From positions 344,850 to 408,849 of the forward strand of contig CBFICI010000001.1 of NCBI GenBank assembly GCA_965661125.1: a DNA stretch of 64,000 nucleotides, read 5' to 3'. This DNA comes from Pseudomonadales bacterium (GTDB lineage: Bacteria; Pseudomonadota; Gammaproteobacteria; Pseudomonadales; GM7GCV1). Made by a program: the position numbers and the translations under genes. Positions within the stretch are counted from its first letter, which is position 1. Every line of letters starts with the position of its first letter. Positions 39,081 to 49,559 of this stretch are shown one piece after another. The notes below the pieces were generated by a model. That model ran no database searches. It had not been told where the DNA came from and was given only the letters and a program-made list of their open reading frames with translations.

Positions 39081-39249
39081 CGCCATTAAGGCATAACCAA
39101 GGGACCGGGCTTTTCGCGCGCACTGCGCCAAAGGGTCGGCCCATTAAACGACTCACGTATTCCGACACTGTCTGTTGGGTGCTCAATCCGGTTCTACCGG
39201 TGAGGGTTACAGGCCGGGGAATGCGGAGGCTCAACCCTTAGGAGACAAT
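39081..39249 (+). promoter_or_regulatory. rpsB 5' leader (presumed S2 autoregulatory leader)
   Basis: This is the long untranslated region between the promoter element and ATG 39250. Its length is similar to the E. coli rpsB leader. I did not verify the structure. Confidence 0.35.
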
Positions 39250-40179
39250 ATGAGCAACGTAAGCATGCGAGACATGTTGCAGGCCGGTGTGCATTTCGGA
39301 CACCAGACCCGCTTCTGGAACCCGAAAATGGAACCGTACATTTTTGGAGCCCGCAACAAGATCCATATCATCAATCTGGAACAGACCGTTCCCGCATTCA
39401 ACGACGCGCTGACTTACCTGCAGCGCCTCGCCAGCAACAACAACAAAATTCTGTTTGTCGGTACCAAGCGTGCTGCCAGCAAAATTATCAAGCAGGAAGC
39501 CGAGCGCTGCGGTATGCCCTTTGTAAGCCATCGCTGGCTGGGCGGCATGTTGACCAACTACAAAACGATCCGCGCTTCAATCAAGGCGTTCCGCGACCTC
39601 GAAATTCAGTCGGGCGACGGCACGCTGGCCAAGCTGACCAAGAAAGAGCAGCTGATGGCGCAACGCAAGATGGAAAAGCTGAACCTGTCTATTGGCGGTA
39701 TCAAGGACATGGGCGGCCTGCCCGATGCACTCTTTGTGGTGGACGTTGATCACGAGCGCATTGCCATTAACGAAGCCAATAAACTGGGTATTCCGGTGAT
39801 TGGCATTGTCGACTCCAACAGCAACCCGGACGGCGTTGATTTCGTAATCCCGGGCAACGACGATGCAATCCGGGCCATTCGGCTGTACGTGATGGCCGCA
39901 GCGGATGCAATTCTTGCCGGTCGAGCCAAATCCAACAACCTCACTTCGAAAGATGAATTTGTTGAAGTAGAGGAAGCGGCTGCTGCGACGGCAGACGCCG
40001 AGCAACCTGTCGAGGCAGAACAGCCTGCAGAAGCGGAGCAAGTCGCCGAGCCGGAGACAGCCGTTGAGGCTGAACCGGAGCAAGCTGCCGAAGTGGAGGA
40101 GTCTGTTGAGGCCGAAGTGGCCGAGCAGGAGCCGGTAGCCGAAGAGGCAGCCGAGGACAGCAAAAAAGAAGCGGAGTGA
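39250..40179 (+). CDS. rpsB: 30S ribosomal protein S2 with a ~70-aa acidic C-terminal extension
   Basis: The sequence [27 protein letters not shown] matches S2. The frame was trimmed to ATG 39250, which follows AGGAG. The tail is [29 protein letters not shown]... Confidence 0.95.
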   Translation: MSNVSMRDMLQAGVHFGHQTRFWNPKMEPYIFGARNKIHIINLEQTVPAFNDALTYLQRLASNNNKILFVGTKRAASKIIKQEAERCGMPFVSHRWLGGMLTNYKTIRASIKAFRDLEIQSGDGTLAKLTKKEQLMAQRKMEKLNLSIGGIKDMGGLPDALFVVDVDHERIAINEANKLGIPVIGIVDSNSNPDGVDFVIPGNDDAIRAIRLYVMAAADAILAGRAKSNNLTSKDEFVEVEEAAAATADAEQPVEAEQPAEAEQVAEPETAVEAEPEQAAEVEESVEAEVAEQEPVAEEAAEDSKKEAE

Positions 40180-40192
40180 TCTCCGCTTTTTA
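40170..40192 (+). terminator. Weak hairpin with a T run spanning the rpsB stop (possible rpsB-tsf attenuator)
   Basis: The hairpin is gcggag-tgat-ctccgc followed by TTTTT. Confidence 0.4.
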
Positions 40193-40268
40193 ATGGCTTC
40201 TAAACAGTTGACGAACAAACTGGGGCTGCCGCGGCAGTCGCGGATCAAGATCAAAAAGAGGTAAACAT

Positions 40269-41135
40269 ATGTCAGCAATCACAGCTGCAATGGTGAAAGA
40301 CCTGCGCGAACGCACCGGTCTGGGCATGATGGAGTGTAAAAAAGCGCTGGTTGAGGCGGGCGGCGATGCCGACCTGGCGATTGAAAACCTGCGCAAAAGC
40401 AGCGGTATGAAAGCGGCCAAGAAAGCCGGTCGTGTCGCGGCAGAGGGCGTTGTGTTGATTCGTGGTGACGCGAAAAAAGCGGTCCTTCTGGAAGTAAATT
40501 GCGAAACCGATTTTGTTGCGCGAGATGAGGGTTTCCTTGCCTTTGTCGAGCAGGTGGCCGATACCCTGGCGAACAGTGCGGTTAATGACGTTGAAAGCCT
40601 TATGGAAGGCGAACTGGCGTCGGCAAGAGAAGCGCTGGTGCAGAAAATTGGTGAGAATATTTCAGTGCGTCGCTTTAGCCGTATCGAGACCGATGGAGTG
40701 CTGGGTAGCTATGTGCATGGCAACGGTCGAATAGCGGTGGTAGTTGAGCTGCAGGGTAGCGACGAAGAGCTGGCCAAGGATGTGGCTATGCACGTAGCCG
40801 CCGTGAACCCTCGTGTTGCCAAACCAGAGGATATGCCGCAGGACGAAGTGGCCAAAGAGCGTGAGATTTATCTCGCCCAGGCCCAGGAATCCGGCAAGCC
40901 AGCCGAAATTGTGGAAAAGATGGTCGAGGGGCGTGTGCGCAAGTTCCTGGCAGAGAGTTCTCTGGTAGATCAGCCTTTCGTAAAAGATCCCGACCAGAAA
41001 GTTGGTAAGCTGCTGTCTGCAGCCGGCGCCGATGTGAAGGGTTTTACCCGCTATGAAGTAGGCGAGGGCATCGAGAAAAAACAGGAAGACTTTGCCGCCG
41101 AAGTGGCAGCCCAGGTCCAGGGAGCTCAGTCTTAA
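40269..41135 (+). CDS. tsf: Elongation factor Ts
   Basis: The protein starts [33 protein letters not shown]. Confidence 0.95.
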   Translation: MSAITAAMVKDLRERTGLGMMECKKALVEAGGDADLAIENLRKSSGMKAAKKAGRVAAEGVVLIRGDAKKAVLLEVNCETDFVARDEGFLAFVEQVADTLANSAVNDVESLMEGELASAREALVQKIGENISVRRFSRIETDGVLGSYVHGNGRIAVVVELQGSDEELAKDVAMHVAAVNPRVAKPEDMPQDEVAKEREIYLAQAQESGKPAEIVEKMVEGRVRKFLAESSLVDQPFVKDPDQKVGKLLSAAGADVKGFTRYEVGEGIEKKQEDFAAEVAAQVQGAQS

Positions 41136-41153
41136 CAGGGGGTGGTAGACACC

Positions 41154-41897
41154 ATGGCCGACATCAAGAAGAAAGAGCGCAAATACAAGCGGATCTTGCT
41201 CAAACTGAGCGGTGAAGAACTCAGCGGCTCAGCAGGATTTGGTATCGATCCGAAAGTTCTCGACAAGATGGCTCTCGAGATTGGCCAGTTGGTTGGCATC
41301 GGTGTTCAGGTAGGTCTGGTGGTTGGTGGCGGTAACCTGTTTCGAGGGCAAGCGCTGAATTCCGCTGGCCTCGACCGGGTAACTGGCGACCATATGGGCA
41401 TGCTGGCCACTGTGATGAATGCGCTGGCACTGCGCGACGCGCTCGAGCGTTCGAATATTGCCAGTCACGTGATGTCGGCTATCCCTATCGGCGGTATTGT
41501 CGAGCATTACGACCGGCGACTGGCGATGCGTTATCTGTCGCAAGGCGATGTGGTTATCTTCGCTGCCGGTACCGGCAATCCCTTCTTTACAACCGATTCC
41601 TCTGCCTGCCTTCGCGGTATCGAGGTTGAAGCCGATATTGTCCTGAAAGCAACCAAGGTGGACGGTGTTTTCGACAAGGATCCGATGAAGCACAAGGATG
41701 CGGTCATGTATTCGAGTTTGACTTACGACCAGGTACTGGAAAAACAATTGGGGGTTATGGATCTGACTGCCATTGTGCTGTGCCGCGATCACAAAATGCC
41801 CATTCGGGTATTCCCCATGAACAAAAGCGGGGCACTGTTGCAAGTGGTGGTTGGAGAGTCGATAGGAACTCTGGTGGAGGAAAAAAACCATGATTGA
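41154..41897 (+). CDS. pyrH: UMP kinase
   Basis: [13 protein letters not shown] and [10 protein letters not shown] are present. ATG 41154 is preferred over GTG 41142. Confidence 0.9.
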   Translation: MADIKKKERKYKRILLKLSGEELSGSAGFGIDPKVLDKMALEIGQLVGIGVQVGLVVGGGNLFRGQALNSAGLDRVTGDHMGMLATVMNALALRDALERSNIASHVMSAIPIGGIVEHYDRRLAMRYLSQGDVVIFAAGTGNPFFTTDSSACLRGIEVEADIVLKATKVDGVFDKDPMKHKDAVMYSSLTYDQVLEKQLGVMDLTAIVLCRDHKMPIRVFPMNKSGALLQVVVGESIGTLVEEKNHD

Positions 41898-42447
41898 TGA
41901 AATCAAGGCGGATGCCCGCGAGCGCATGGGAAAATCCCTGACTGCGCTGGCGTCGAACTTCAGTCGCATTCGCACAGGCCGTGCGCATCCCAATCTTCTG
42001 GACAATATCCATATTGATTACTACGGGTCGGATACACCTCTGTCCCAGGTTGCCAATATCAATGTCGAGGACGCGCGGACTCTGGCGGTTACGCCCTGGG
42101 AAAAGAACCTGGTGCAGGATATCGAGAAGGCCATCATGAAATCGGACCTCGGGTTGAATCCCGCTACCGCTGGCACGGTCATTCGAATCCCCATGCCGGC
42201 CCTCACCGAAGAAACGCGTAAGAACTATATTCGCCAGGCCAGAAACGAAGCCGAGAATGCGCGAGTATCAGTGCGCAATATTCGTCGGGATGCACTGGGT
42301 CATATCAAAGACTTGCTTAAAGACAAAGAGATTAGCGAGGACGAAGAGAGGAAGGCCCAGGAAGAGGTGCAAAAAATTACCGACGAGTTCATCGCCGAGG
42401 TAGACCGGGCCCTCGAGACCAAAGAAACGGACCTGATGGAAATCTAG
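41890..42447 (+). CDS. frr: Ribosome recycling factor
   Basis: The 185-aa protein contains [23 protein letters not shown]. Confidence 0.95.
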   Translation: MIDEIKADARERMGKSLTALASNFSRIRTGRAHPNLLDNIHIDYYGSDTPLSQVANINVEDARTLAVTPWEKNLVQDIEKAIMKSDLGLNPATAGTVIRIPMPALTEETRKNYIRQARNEAENARVSVRNIRRDALGHIKDLLKDKEISEDEERKAQEEVQKITDEFIAEVDRALETKETDLMEI

Positions 42448-42457
42448 GTCAGCTTGA

Positions 42458-43231
42458 ATGGCTGACTTACCCAACCCGCTGCGCCACGTTGCCATCATCA
42501 TGGATGGCAACAACAGGTGGGCAAAGGATCGCGGATTGCCGCCTCTCTCGGGCCATCAGGCCGGAGCTGATCGCTTGCGCGAAATCATCGAGCGCTGCGG
42601 CAAACATGACATCGAAGTCTTGACGGTTTTTGCGTTCAGCAGCGAAAACTGGAAGCGTTCGCGTCAAGAGGTAGGTGGATTGATGTCCCTGTTTTCAAGC
42701 ACCTTGAAGCGCTACCGCAAAGACCTGGTTGAGCAGAATATCCGGCTGCGAGTAGTGGGTCGTCGCGACCGTTTCAGTGAGCGCCTTCAAAAACAGATCG
42801 CCGAAGTTGAGCAAGCCACTTCATCTGGAAATCGTACCCTGGTAATTGCCGCCGACTACGGCGGGCGTTGGGACATTGCTCAGGCAGCTGAACGGATGGC
42901 GAGAGACTGCGTTGAAGGCAAGCTGAATCCGGACGACATTAGCGAGCAATGCCTGCATCAATACACCAGTATAGGCGATCTGCCCGACCCGGATTTATTG
43001 ATTCGCACCGGCGCCGAATATCGCATTAGCAACTTTTTGTTATGGCAATGCGCCTACACGGAATTCTTCTTTGCCCATTGTTATTGGCCCGACTTTGATG
43101 CCTCATGGTTTGACAAGGCTGTGCGCGAATACCGCCGCCGTACACGCCGGTTTGGAGCCAACCCGGATCTCGATGAAGGCGCGCTGGATGAGGATGTAAG
43201 TTCGGCGCGGGCAGTGAGGTCTGGCAGGTGA
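42458..43231 (+). CDS. uppS: Di-trans,poly-cis-undecaprenyl-diphosphate synthase
   Basis: HVAIIMDGNNRWA, FAFSSENWKR and RTGAEYRISNFLLWQCAY are present. Confidence 0.95.
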   Translation: MADLPNPLRHVAIIMDGNNRWAKDRGLPPLSGHQAGADRLREIIERCGKHDIEVLTVFAFSSENWKRSRQEVGGLMSLFSSTLKRYRKDLVEQNIRLRVVGRRDRFSERLQKQIAEVEQATSSGNRTLVIAADYGGRWDIAQAAERMARDCVEGKLNPDDISEQCLHQYTSIGDLPDPDLLIRTGAEYRISNFLLWQCAYTEFFFAHCYWPDFDASWFDKAVREYRRRTRRFGANPDLDEGALDEDVSSARAVRSGR

Positions 43232-44049
43232 ATACACGCCTCGCTACGGGCGTCGGTTTTGCACTCTTCTTCGCCTTGGCGCTGTGGCTGCCAGTGCCGG
43301 GTTTGTTTGCTCTGGTGCTGGCTCTGTTGCTTTCGGCCGGAATCTGGGAGTGGACGCCCTTATGCAGCCTGAATTCCTTGCTATCCCGTGTTTCGGCGCT
43401 GGTAGTGGCGAACCTGGCTTTTCTGTTGATGATCGTTGCCACCAATGCCCAGTCTCCGGTTCCACTTCAGTTGATGATGTCAGCATTCTGGGCATGGGTT
43501 CTGGTTATTCCACTTCTCTGGCGGGCGCGCACAGGTGAGCCCATCTTCACCAACTCCTGGCTCATCGGGCTAGCTGGATTCCTTTTTCTGTTAAGTACCG
43601 CCAGCGGTTTGTACTGGCTTGCCCAGATGCCTCAGGGAGAATGGCGCGTGTTGCTTCTGGTTGGTGTGGTGGCAACGGCTGATTCTTGTGCCTATTTCGC
43701 AGGCAAGCGATTCGGGCGCAAGCCGCTGGCCAGCGAGCTGAGCCCGCACAAAACCTTTGAGGGCGTTTACGGCGGTCTGTTTGGCAACTTTGTACTGGCG
43801 GTTCTGATCAGTTGGTCACTTCGTCTGTCACCGGAAGCATCCCTGCTGCTGTTTTTGCTCATTTTCGGTGGAAGCTTGCTGTCGGTAGCTGGCGACCTGT
43901 TTGAAAGCGCCATAAAGCGAAACGTGGGCGTCAAGGACAGCGGGTCTCTGTTGCCTGGACACGGCGGCATACTCGACCGCATTGACGGCCTTATGGCGGC
44001 AACGCCATATTTTGTGCTGGCAACCGCTCTCTATGCGCCAATGGCCTGA
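43228..44049 (+). CDS. cdsA: Phosphatidate cytidylyltransferase
   Basis: This is a polytopic membrane protein with the signature SAIKRNVGVKDSGSLLPGHGGILDRIDG. The GTG start overlaps the uppS stop. Confidence 0.9.
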   Translation: MNTRLATGVGFALFFALALWLPVPGLFALVLALLLSAGIWEWTPLCSLNSLLSRVSALVVANLAFLLMIVATNAQSPVPLQLMMSAFWAWVLVIPLLWRARTGEPIFTNSWLIGLAGFLFLLSTASGLYWLAQMPQGEWRVLLLVGVVATADSCAYFAGKRFGRKPLASELSPHKTFEGVYGGLFGNFVLAVLISWSLRLSPEASLLLFLLIFGGSLLSVAGDLFESAIKRNVGVKDSGSLLPGHGGILDRIDGLMAATPYFVLATALYAPMA

Positions 44050-44050
44050 T

Positions 44051-45241
44051 ATGAAATCGGTCGCTATTCTTGGTTCAACCGGATCCATCGGCGTCAATAG
44101 CCTGGAAGTATTGAGGCTTCATCCGCAGCGCTACCGACCCTTCCTGCTGACGGCTAATAACAACGTGGAAAAGCTGGCCAGCCAGGTAATAACCTTCGAA
44201 CCGGATCATGCTCTGGTGGCTGACATCGAGGCTTTGCCGCTGTTACGCGATACCTTGCAGGCGCTTGGCTATAAGGGTCGCACTCAGCTGCATAGCGGTA
44301 TGGACGCCGCCGGCGCACTGCTTGGCGAGAGTGAGCTCGACCTTGTGGTGGCCGGTATCGTTGGTGCGGCCGGACTGCGGCCGACGCTGGCCGCAGCGGA
44401 TGCCGGAAAGCGTATTTTGTTGGCCAACAAGGAAGTGCTGGTTTGTGCCGGAAAGCTATTTATGCACCGCGCCCAGCTCGCCGGCGCCAAGATATTGCCA
44501 CTGGATAGCGAGCACAATGCCATTTTTCAATGCTGGCCAAACGCACTGAGCCGAGACAACTCGGGTGTACGCCGAATTCTGCTGACTGCTTCAGGGGGGC
44601 CTTTCCGGGGTTTTAGTACCGATCAATTGAGAGACGTCACTCCGGAACAAGCCTGTAGCCACCCGAATTGGTCAATGGGCAAAAAAATCAGCATTGATTC
44701 CGCCAGCTTGATGAACAAGGGGCTGGAGCTGATTGAAGCGTGCAGCCTGTTTGCCCTTCCTCAACAACAGATCGAGGTGCTGGTTCACCCCCAGAGCATT
44801 GTTCATTCTCTGGTGGAGTACCTGGATGGTTCGCAGCTTGCGCAGCTGTCCAGCCCGGATATGCGCACACCCATTGCTCATGCGCTGGCCTGGCCCGAGC
44901 GCATCGAGTCGGGAGTACCCTGGCTCGACCTGATTCAGGCCGGCAATCTGTCCTTCGAGCCAGTCGACGACAAAACCTTCCGCTGCCTTGCGCTGGCCCG
45001 GCAAGCCTGTGCGACGGGTGGTTCGGCCAGTCTTTATCTGAACTCGGCAAATGAAATTGCCGTGGAAGCTTTCCTGCAGGGCAAGATTCGTTTTACTTCG
45101 ATTGCAGATGTTGTAGAAAATACCCTGCAATTCGCCACTTCTGCGGAACCTGAGACGCTGGAGCAAGTCATAGAGCTGGATTGTGAGGCGCGAGCTTTGG
45201 CGCGCCAGCAAATTGCCGGTCTCTCTGCTGCATATGAATAG
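44051..45241 (+). CDS. dxr: 1-deoxy-D-xylulose-5-phosphate reductoisomerase
   Basis: MKSVAILGSTGSIGVNSL, LANKE and SEHNAIFQC are present. The frame was trimmed to ATG 44051. Confidence 0.95.
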   Translation: MKSVAILGSTGSIGVNSLEVLRLHPQRYRPFLLTANNNVEKLASQVITFEPDHALVADIEALPLLRDTLQALGYKGRTQLHSGMDAAGALLGESELDLVVAGIVGAAGLRPTLAAADAGKRILLANKEVLVCAGKLFMHRAQLAGAKILPLDSEHNAIFQCWPNALSRDNSGVRRILLTASGGPFRGFSTDQLRDVTPEQACSHPNWSMGKKISIDSASLMNKGLELIEACSLFALPQQQIEVLVHPQSIVHSLVEYLDGSQLAQLSSPDMRTPIAHALAWPERIESGVPWLDLIQAGNLSFEPVDDKTFRCLALARQACATGGSASLYLNSANEIAVEAFLQGKIRFTSIADVVENTLQFATSAEPETLEQVIELDCEARALARQQIAGLSAAYE

Positions 45242-45250
45242 GAGTAAAGC

Positions 45251-46639
45251 TTGGAAGTATTGAACGCCATTCTGTTTGCCCTGATCGCTTTGTTTATCCT
45301 GGTGACTGTGCACGAGTTCGGTCACTACTGGGTTGCGCGTCGCTGTGGCGTGCATGTGGAACGCTTTTCCATTGGCTTTGGCAAACCCTTCCTTCGCTTT
45401 ACCTGGGATAACACGGAATTTGCTCTGGCTCCAATTCCTCTGGGTGGTTACGTCAAAATGTACGGCGAACAGGCCAGTTCGGATGACGGTTCTGAGACGG
45501 GTGCCGACGTTCCCGAGGAAAAAAAGCAGTACAGCTTTAGCCACAAAACGGTATATCAGCGCATGGCTATTGTGGTGGCGGGTCCGCTGGCGAACTTTAT
45601 TCTGGCGGTGCTGGTTTACTGGATGGTATTTATGGGCGGTACTGTTGGCTTTGCTCCCATGGTAAAAATGGTAGAGGAGGGCTCGATAGCTGCTTCGTCA
45701 GGCATGCCGGTGGGCGAATTTGAGCCCCCGCACCGGGTAATTTCTGTTGATGGTGAGTCAACCGGCACCTGGAGTGAGGTGTTTCAACAGTTTTTCAAGC
45801 GCATAGGCGAAACCGGCAGCCTTGAGGTGGAGCTGGCGGATGCTGGTGGAAACAGTCAGCTTTACCAGCTGCCCATTCAGCGTTGGCAAGGTGATACCGA
45901 CTCTCCCCAGTTTATTCAAAGCCTGGGGTTGGTGCCCTGGTCGCCAGAACTGGAACCGGTATTTGCTTCCATTTCAAGCGGCAGCCCGGCGCAATCGGCC
46001 GGCTTACAGGCCGGTGACCGGGTTGTGCAGGTTGACAGCCAATTGATATCCAGCTGGGCCCAGTTTCGCGATTACGTGTCGGCCCGCCCCGGCGAAACCC
46101 TGGATTTGCGGATACAGCGCGAACAACGCACTCTACAGCTGCAATTGACCCCTGAACTTGTGGAAACAGAGCAGGGGCCGGTGGGCCGCATTGGTGTTGC
46201 AGCGGGAAGTGCCGAATGGCCCAAGCAATATCGCAACGAAATCAACTACGGTCCGATTGGCGCTTTCACCGAGGGGGCCAGCCAAACCTGGGCTACCTCC
46301 AGCCTGATTCTCGATTCGCTTGGCAAGTTGATCAGCGGGCAGGTATCAACCAAAAGCCTCGGCGGCCCAATTTCTATTGCCCAATATGCCGGCTCCAGCG
46401 CCGATGCGGGGTGGCAGTCATTTCTTATGTTTTTGGCCGGCCTCAGCGTTATGTTGGGTGTGGTAAACCTCTTGCCCATCCCTGTTCTGGACGGCGGCCA
46501 CCTGCTTTTTTATTTGGTTGAGTGGGCCAAGGGCAGCCCTCTGAGCGAGCAGGTTCAGGCTTTTGCCGTGCGCGCAGGCATGTTGGTTCTGGTGAGTGTG
46601 ATGATTCTCGCCCTTTACAATGATTTCGGGCGGCTGTAG
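45251..46639 (+). CDS. rseP: Sigma-E regulated site-2 protease RseP
   Basis: The zinc motif HEFGHYWVARRCGV, PDZ region and NLLPIPVLDGGH are present. The TTG start lies 6 nt after AGGAG. Confidence 0.9.
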   Translation: MEVLNAILFALIALFILVTVHEFGHYWVARRCGVHVERFSIGFGKPFLRFTWDNTEFALAPIPLGGYVKMYGEQASSDDGSETGADVPEEKKQYSFSHKTVYQRMAIVVAGPLANFILAVLVYWMVFMGGTVGFAPMVKMVEEGSIAASSGMPVGEFEPPHRVISVDGESTGTWSEVFQQFFKRIGETGSLEVELADAGGNSQLYQLPIQRWQGDTDSPQFIQSLGLVPWSPELEPVFASISSGSPAQSAGLQAGDRVVQVDSQLISSWAQFRDYVSARPGETLDLRIQREQRTLQLQLTPELVETEQGPVGRIGVAAGSAEWPKQYRNEINYGPIGAFTEGASQTWATSSLILDSLGKLISGQVSTKSLGGPISIAQYAGSSADAGWQSFLMFLAGLSVMLGVVNLLPIPVLDGGHLLFYLVEWAKGSPLSEQVQAFAVRAGMLVLVSVMILALYNDFGRL

Positions 46640-46670
46640 TGTCGCGCGTCTACCAAGTTCAGCAGTCAAA

Positions 46671-49007
46671 ATGAGAAAACTTCTAATTCTTCTTGCCCTG
46701 GCGTATTGCGGTCCGCTATTGGCACAGACCTTTGTTGTCGAAGACATCCGTATTGAAGGCATTCAACGCGTATCCCCCGGTTCGGTCTTTTCCGCCTTGC
46801 CTGCGAGGGTTGGAGATACGGTCGATACTACGCGCGTGCAAAGCTCGATTCGCTCTTTGTTTGCGACTGGCCTGTTCAGCGATATCAGAATTGAGCGCGA
46901 TGGCAACGTTCTGGTGGTTCGAGTAGCCGAGCGCCCGGCCATTGCCGACATCAATATTGAAGGCAACAAGATCATCAAAACGGAAGACTTGCTTGTTTCC
47001 ATGAACGACGCAGGTCTGGCCGAGGGTCAAATCATGCAGCCCGCTACGCTGGAAGCCGTAGCGCGCTCTTTGGGTCAGGAATACGTGGCCCAGGGCCATT
47101 ACGGCTCTTCGGTTAGCTATGAAATCGTCGAGCAGCCGCTCAATCGCGTCAGCATTGAAATGGAAGTAGATGAAGGCAAAAAGGCCCGCATCGAGCAGAT
47201 CAATATTATTGGCAACGAGCTCTTCGACGACAAAGAACTGCTCGATCAGTTTGAACTGGGAACCACCAACTGGCGCAGTTGGGCAACGGGCAACAACAAG
47301 TACTCCAGAGAAAGTTTGAATGGCGATCTGGATCGTCTGGAATCCTTTTATCGCGACCGCGGCTACTTCGAATTTGTTATCGATTCCTCGCAGATTGCGA
47401 TCAGCCCTAACCGTGAATCCGTTTACATCACTATCAATCTTTCCGAGGGGGATATCTACCGGGTAGGCGAGGTGGGCTTCATGGGCGACCTGGTGCTGGA
47501 AGAGGAAGAGTTGCGGCGCTACCTGTTGGTAGCAGATGGGCAGGTTTACTCCCAGGCGCTGGTGTCTGCTACCCGCGACCTGATCGTCAACCGCCTGGCC
47601 AATGCGGGTTACACCTTTGCGGAGGTGGAGGATATCGCCGAGTTCGAAGAGGGTTCGGGCGAGGTTGACCTGAGTTTCTTTGTCAATCCGGGGCAGCGTG
47701 TTTATGTCCGCCGCGTCGAGTTCCGTGGCAACCTGCGCACCGAAGATGAGGTGCTTCGCCGTGAAATGCGGCAACTGGAAAGTGCGCCGGCATCCGACAG
47801 CCTGATTGAGCTGGGAAAAATCCGGCTGGATCGAACCGGTTTCTTCCGCGAGGTGACCTCGGAGATTGAGCCGGTCGCCGGCACCCAGGATCAGATAGAT
47901 GTGATCTACAACGTCGATGAGCAAGCTTCGGGGTCTTTAAGCGCCAGCGTGGGATACGCTCAGGTCACCGGTTTGCTGCTGGGCTTTAACCTGCAAGAAA
48001 ACAACTTTCTGGGTTCCGGCAACTCGGTAGGTATCGGCATTAACAAGTCCACCTTCCAGAACAGCTATTCGCTCAATTACACCAATCCCTATTTTACCCC
48101 GGATGGGGTTAGCGCCGGATTCTCGCTTTATTCGCGATCCACCGATTATGGAGAGATCAACGTGTCGACCTTCAGTACCGATGTGCTGGGTTTGAACGTT
48201 AATTTTGGCTATCCGCTCAGCGAGATTAGCTCGATACGATACGGCGCCGGCTATGAGCGGCTGGATCTTTCTACCGGGGTATTTGCATCTCCTGAGATTC
48301 GTGCCCTGGCGCCTTCGGGCAACGAGGTATTCAACCTCTACAAACTGGACTTAACTATTGGCCGCTCTACGCTTAACCGCGGCATTCTGCCTACCGCCGG
48401 CAGCTCCCAGAACATCGGTTTTGAAGTGGCCGCACCCGGCAGCGATATCAGCTATGCAAAGTTGACCGTCAATGCGCAGGCCTTCTTTGATATTCCGCTA
48501 CACCGCGACATGGCGCTCAAACTGCGCTCTCGCATTGGCTATGGCGAAGGTTTGGGCGATACAGAGCGTTTACCCTTCTTTGAAAACTACTACGCCGGTG
48601 GTTTTGGATCGGTGCGTGGCTTCGAGAGCAATGTGCTGGGCCCGCGCGAGTCCGGTGGGGGCAGTTTCGAGCCTGATCCCATTGGCGGTAACGTACTGCT
48701 GCTATATGGCGCTGAAATTATTCTGCCAACGCCCTTTCTGCCCGATCCCCGATCCACTCAGGCCGTGTTATTCTTCGATGCGGGGAATGTCTTCGATACA
48801 AACTGTACAACAAACCCGACGACCGGAGCGGTGGTGCAGCCCAATTGTTTTGAGCCGTCCTACAAAGAGCTGCGATACTCTGCCGGTATCGGGGTAACCT
48901 GGATCAGTGGTTTCGGCCCGATGTCCTTCAGCTTTGGACGATCCTTTAACGGTGGCCAATTCGAAGACCGGGAAATGTTCCAGTTCACGCTGGGGCAAAC
49001 ATTCTGA
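46671..49007 (+). CDS. bamA: Outer membrane protein assembly factor BamA
   Basis: The signal peptide is MRKLLILLALAYCGPLLA. FVVEDIRIEGIQRVS is the POTRA1 start, and the C-terminal barrel ends in ...FQFTLGQTF. Confidence 0.95.
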   Translation: MRKLLILLALAYCGPLLAQTFVVEDIRIEGIQRVSPGSVFSALPARVGDTVDTTRVQSSIRSLFATGLFSDIRIERDGNVLVVRVAERPAIADINIEGNKIIKTEDLLVSMNDAGLAEGQIMQPATLEAVARSLGQEYVAQGHYGSSVSYEIVEQPLNRVSIEMEVDEGKKARIEQINIIGNELFDDKELLDQFELGTTNWRSWATGNNKYSRESLNGDLDRLESFYRDRGYFEFVIDSSQIAISPNRESVYITINLSEGDIYRVGEVGFMGDLVLEEEELRRYLLVADGQVYSQALVSATRDLIVNRLANAGYTFAEVEDIAEFEEGSGEVDLSFFVNPGQRVYVRRVEFRGNLRTEDEVLRREMRQLESAPASDSLIELGKIRLDRTGFFREVTSEIEPVAGTQDQIDVIYNVDEQASGSLSASVGYAQVTGLLLGFNLQENNFLGSGNSVGIGINKSTFQNSYSLNYTNPYFTPDGVSAGFSLYSRSTDYGEINVSTFSTDVLGLNVNFGYPLSEISSIRYGAGYERLDLSTGVFASPEIRALAPSGNEVFNLYKLDLTIGRSTLNRGILPTAGSSQNIGFEVAAPGSDISYAKLTVNAQAFFDIPLHRDMALKLRSRIGYGEGLGDTERLPFFENYYAGGFGSVRGFESNVLGPRESGGGSFEPDPIGGNVLLLYGAEIILPTPFLPDPRSTQAVLFFDAGNVFDTNCTTNPTTGAVVQPNCFEPSYKELRYSAGIGVTWISGFGPMSFSFGRSFNGGQFEDREMFQFTLGQTF

Positions 49008-49030
49008 CAAACAAAAACTGGAGTTTTTCT

Positions 49031-49537
49031 GTGACTAAACAAACTATTGCATTCATGGCGGGATTGCTGATTATGGCTGCCAGCAGCACGGTGCGGGCTC
49101 AAGAAATTGCGGTTGTAGACATACAACTGGCAATTCTCAACAGCACCTATGGCCAACAGCAGCTGAATGCCCTGAGCAATGACCCCTCCTATGCCGACCT
49201 GATTTCTACCGCGCAAAGCATTGAGGCGGACGTCGCCAGCCTCGATAGTCAGGCCCAGGCTGAAGCCAGCAACTGGACCAACGAGCGTTTTCAGCAGTAC
49301 ACCCGCCAGCGGGAGTTCAAGGTTGCCGATTTGCAGTTGACCTCGCAAAAGATCCAGTCGGAACGCGAGCGTGTTATCAATGCGGTAATCGAGGCCATGA
49401 ACGATCAGGCTATTGGTGCGCTGGAAGAAATCATCGAAGAGCAGAATATTTCACTTCTGTTGCGTGAAAGCTCGGTGTATTCGGCAGATGCCGACCACAA
49501 CGTTACCGCTCTGCTGGTCGAAAAACTGTCGAACTGA
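49031..49537 (+). CDS. skp: OmpH/Skp-family periplasmic chaperone
   Basis: The 168-aa protein has a signal peptide and coiled-coil-like composition. It sits between bamA and lpxD. Confidence 0.8.
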   Translation: MTKQTIAFMAGLLIMAASSTVRAQEIAVVDIQLAILNSTYGQQQLNALSNDPSYADLISTAQSIEADVASLDSQAQAEASNWTNERFQQYTRQREFKVADLQLTSQKIQSERERVINAVIEAMNDQAIGALEEIIEEQNISLLLRESSVYSADADHNVTALLVEKLSN

Positions 49538-49559
49538 TTCCTTCAGGGGTAAAGCGCTG

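Noticed and set aside
46716-47924. Long antisense ORFs lie inside housekeeping genes. Examples are 46716..47924 (402 aa, in bamA), 53565..54863 (432 aa, in dnaE), 44672..45544 (in dxr/rseP), 41229..42005 (in pyrH/frr), 32854..33672 (in glnD), 17918..18634 (in thrS), 37825..38526 (in serA), 39577..40278 (in rpsB) and 22290..22844 (in pheT).
   Set aside because: Each is the mirror frame of a strongly supported conserved gene, which is typical for GC-rich codon usage. They show no recognisable motifs, biased Arg/Gly/His/Leu composition, and no independent SD, promoter or terminator.
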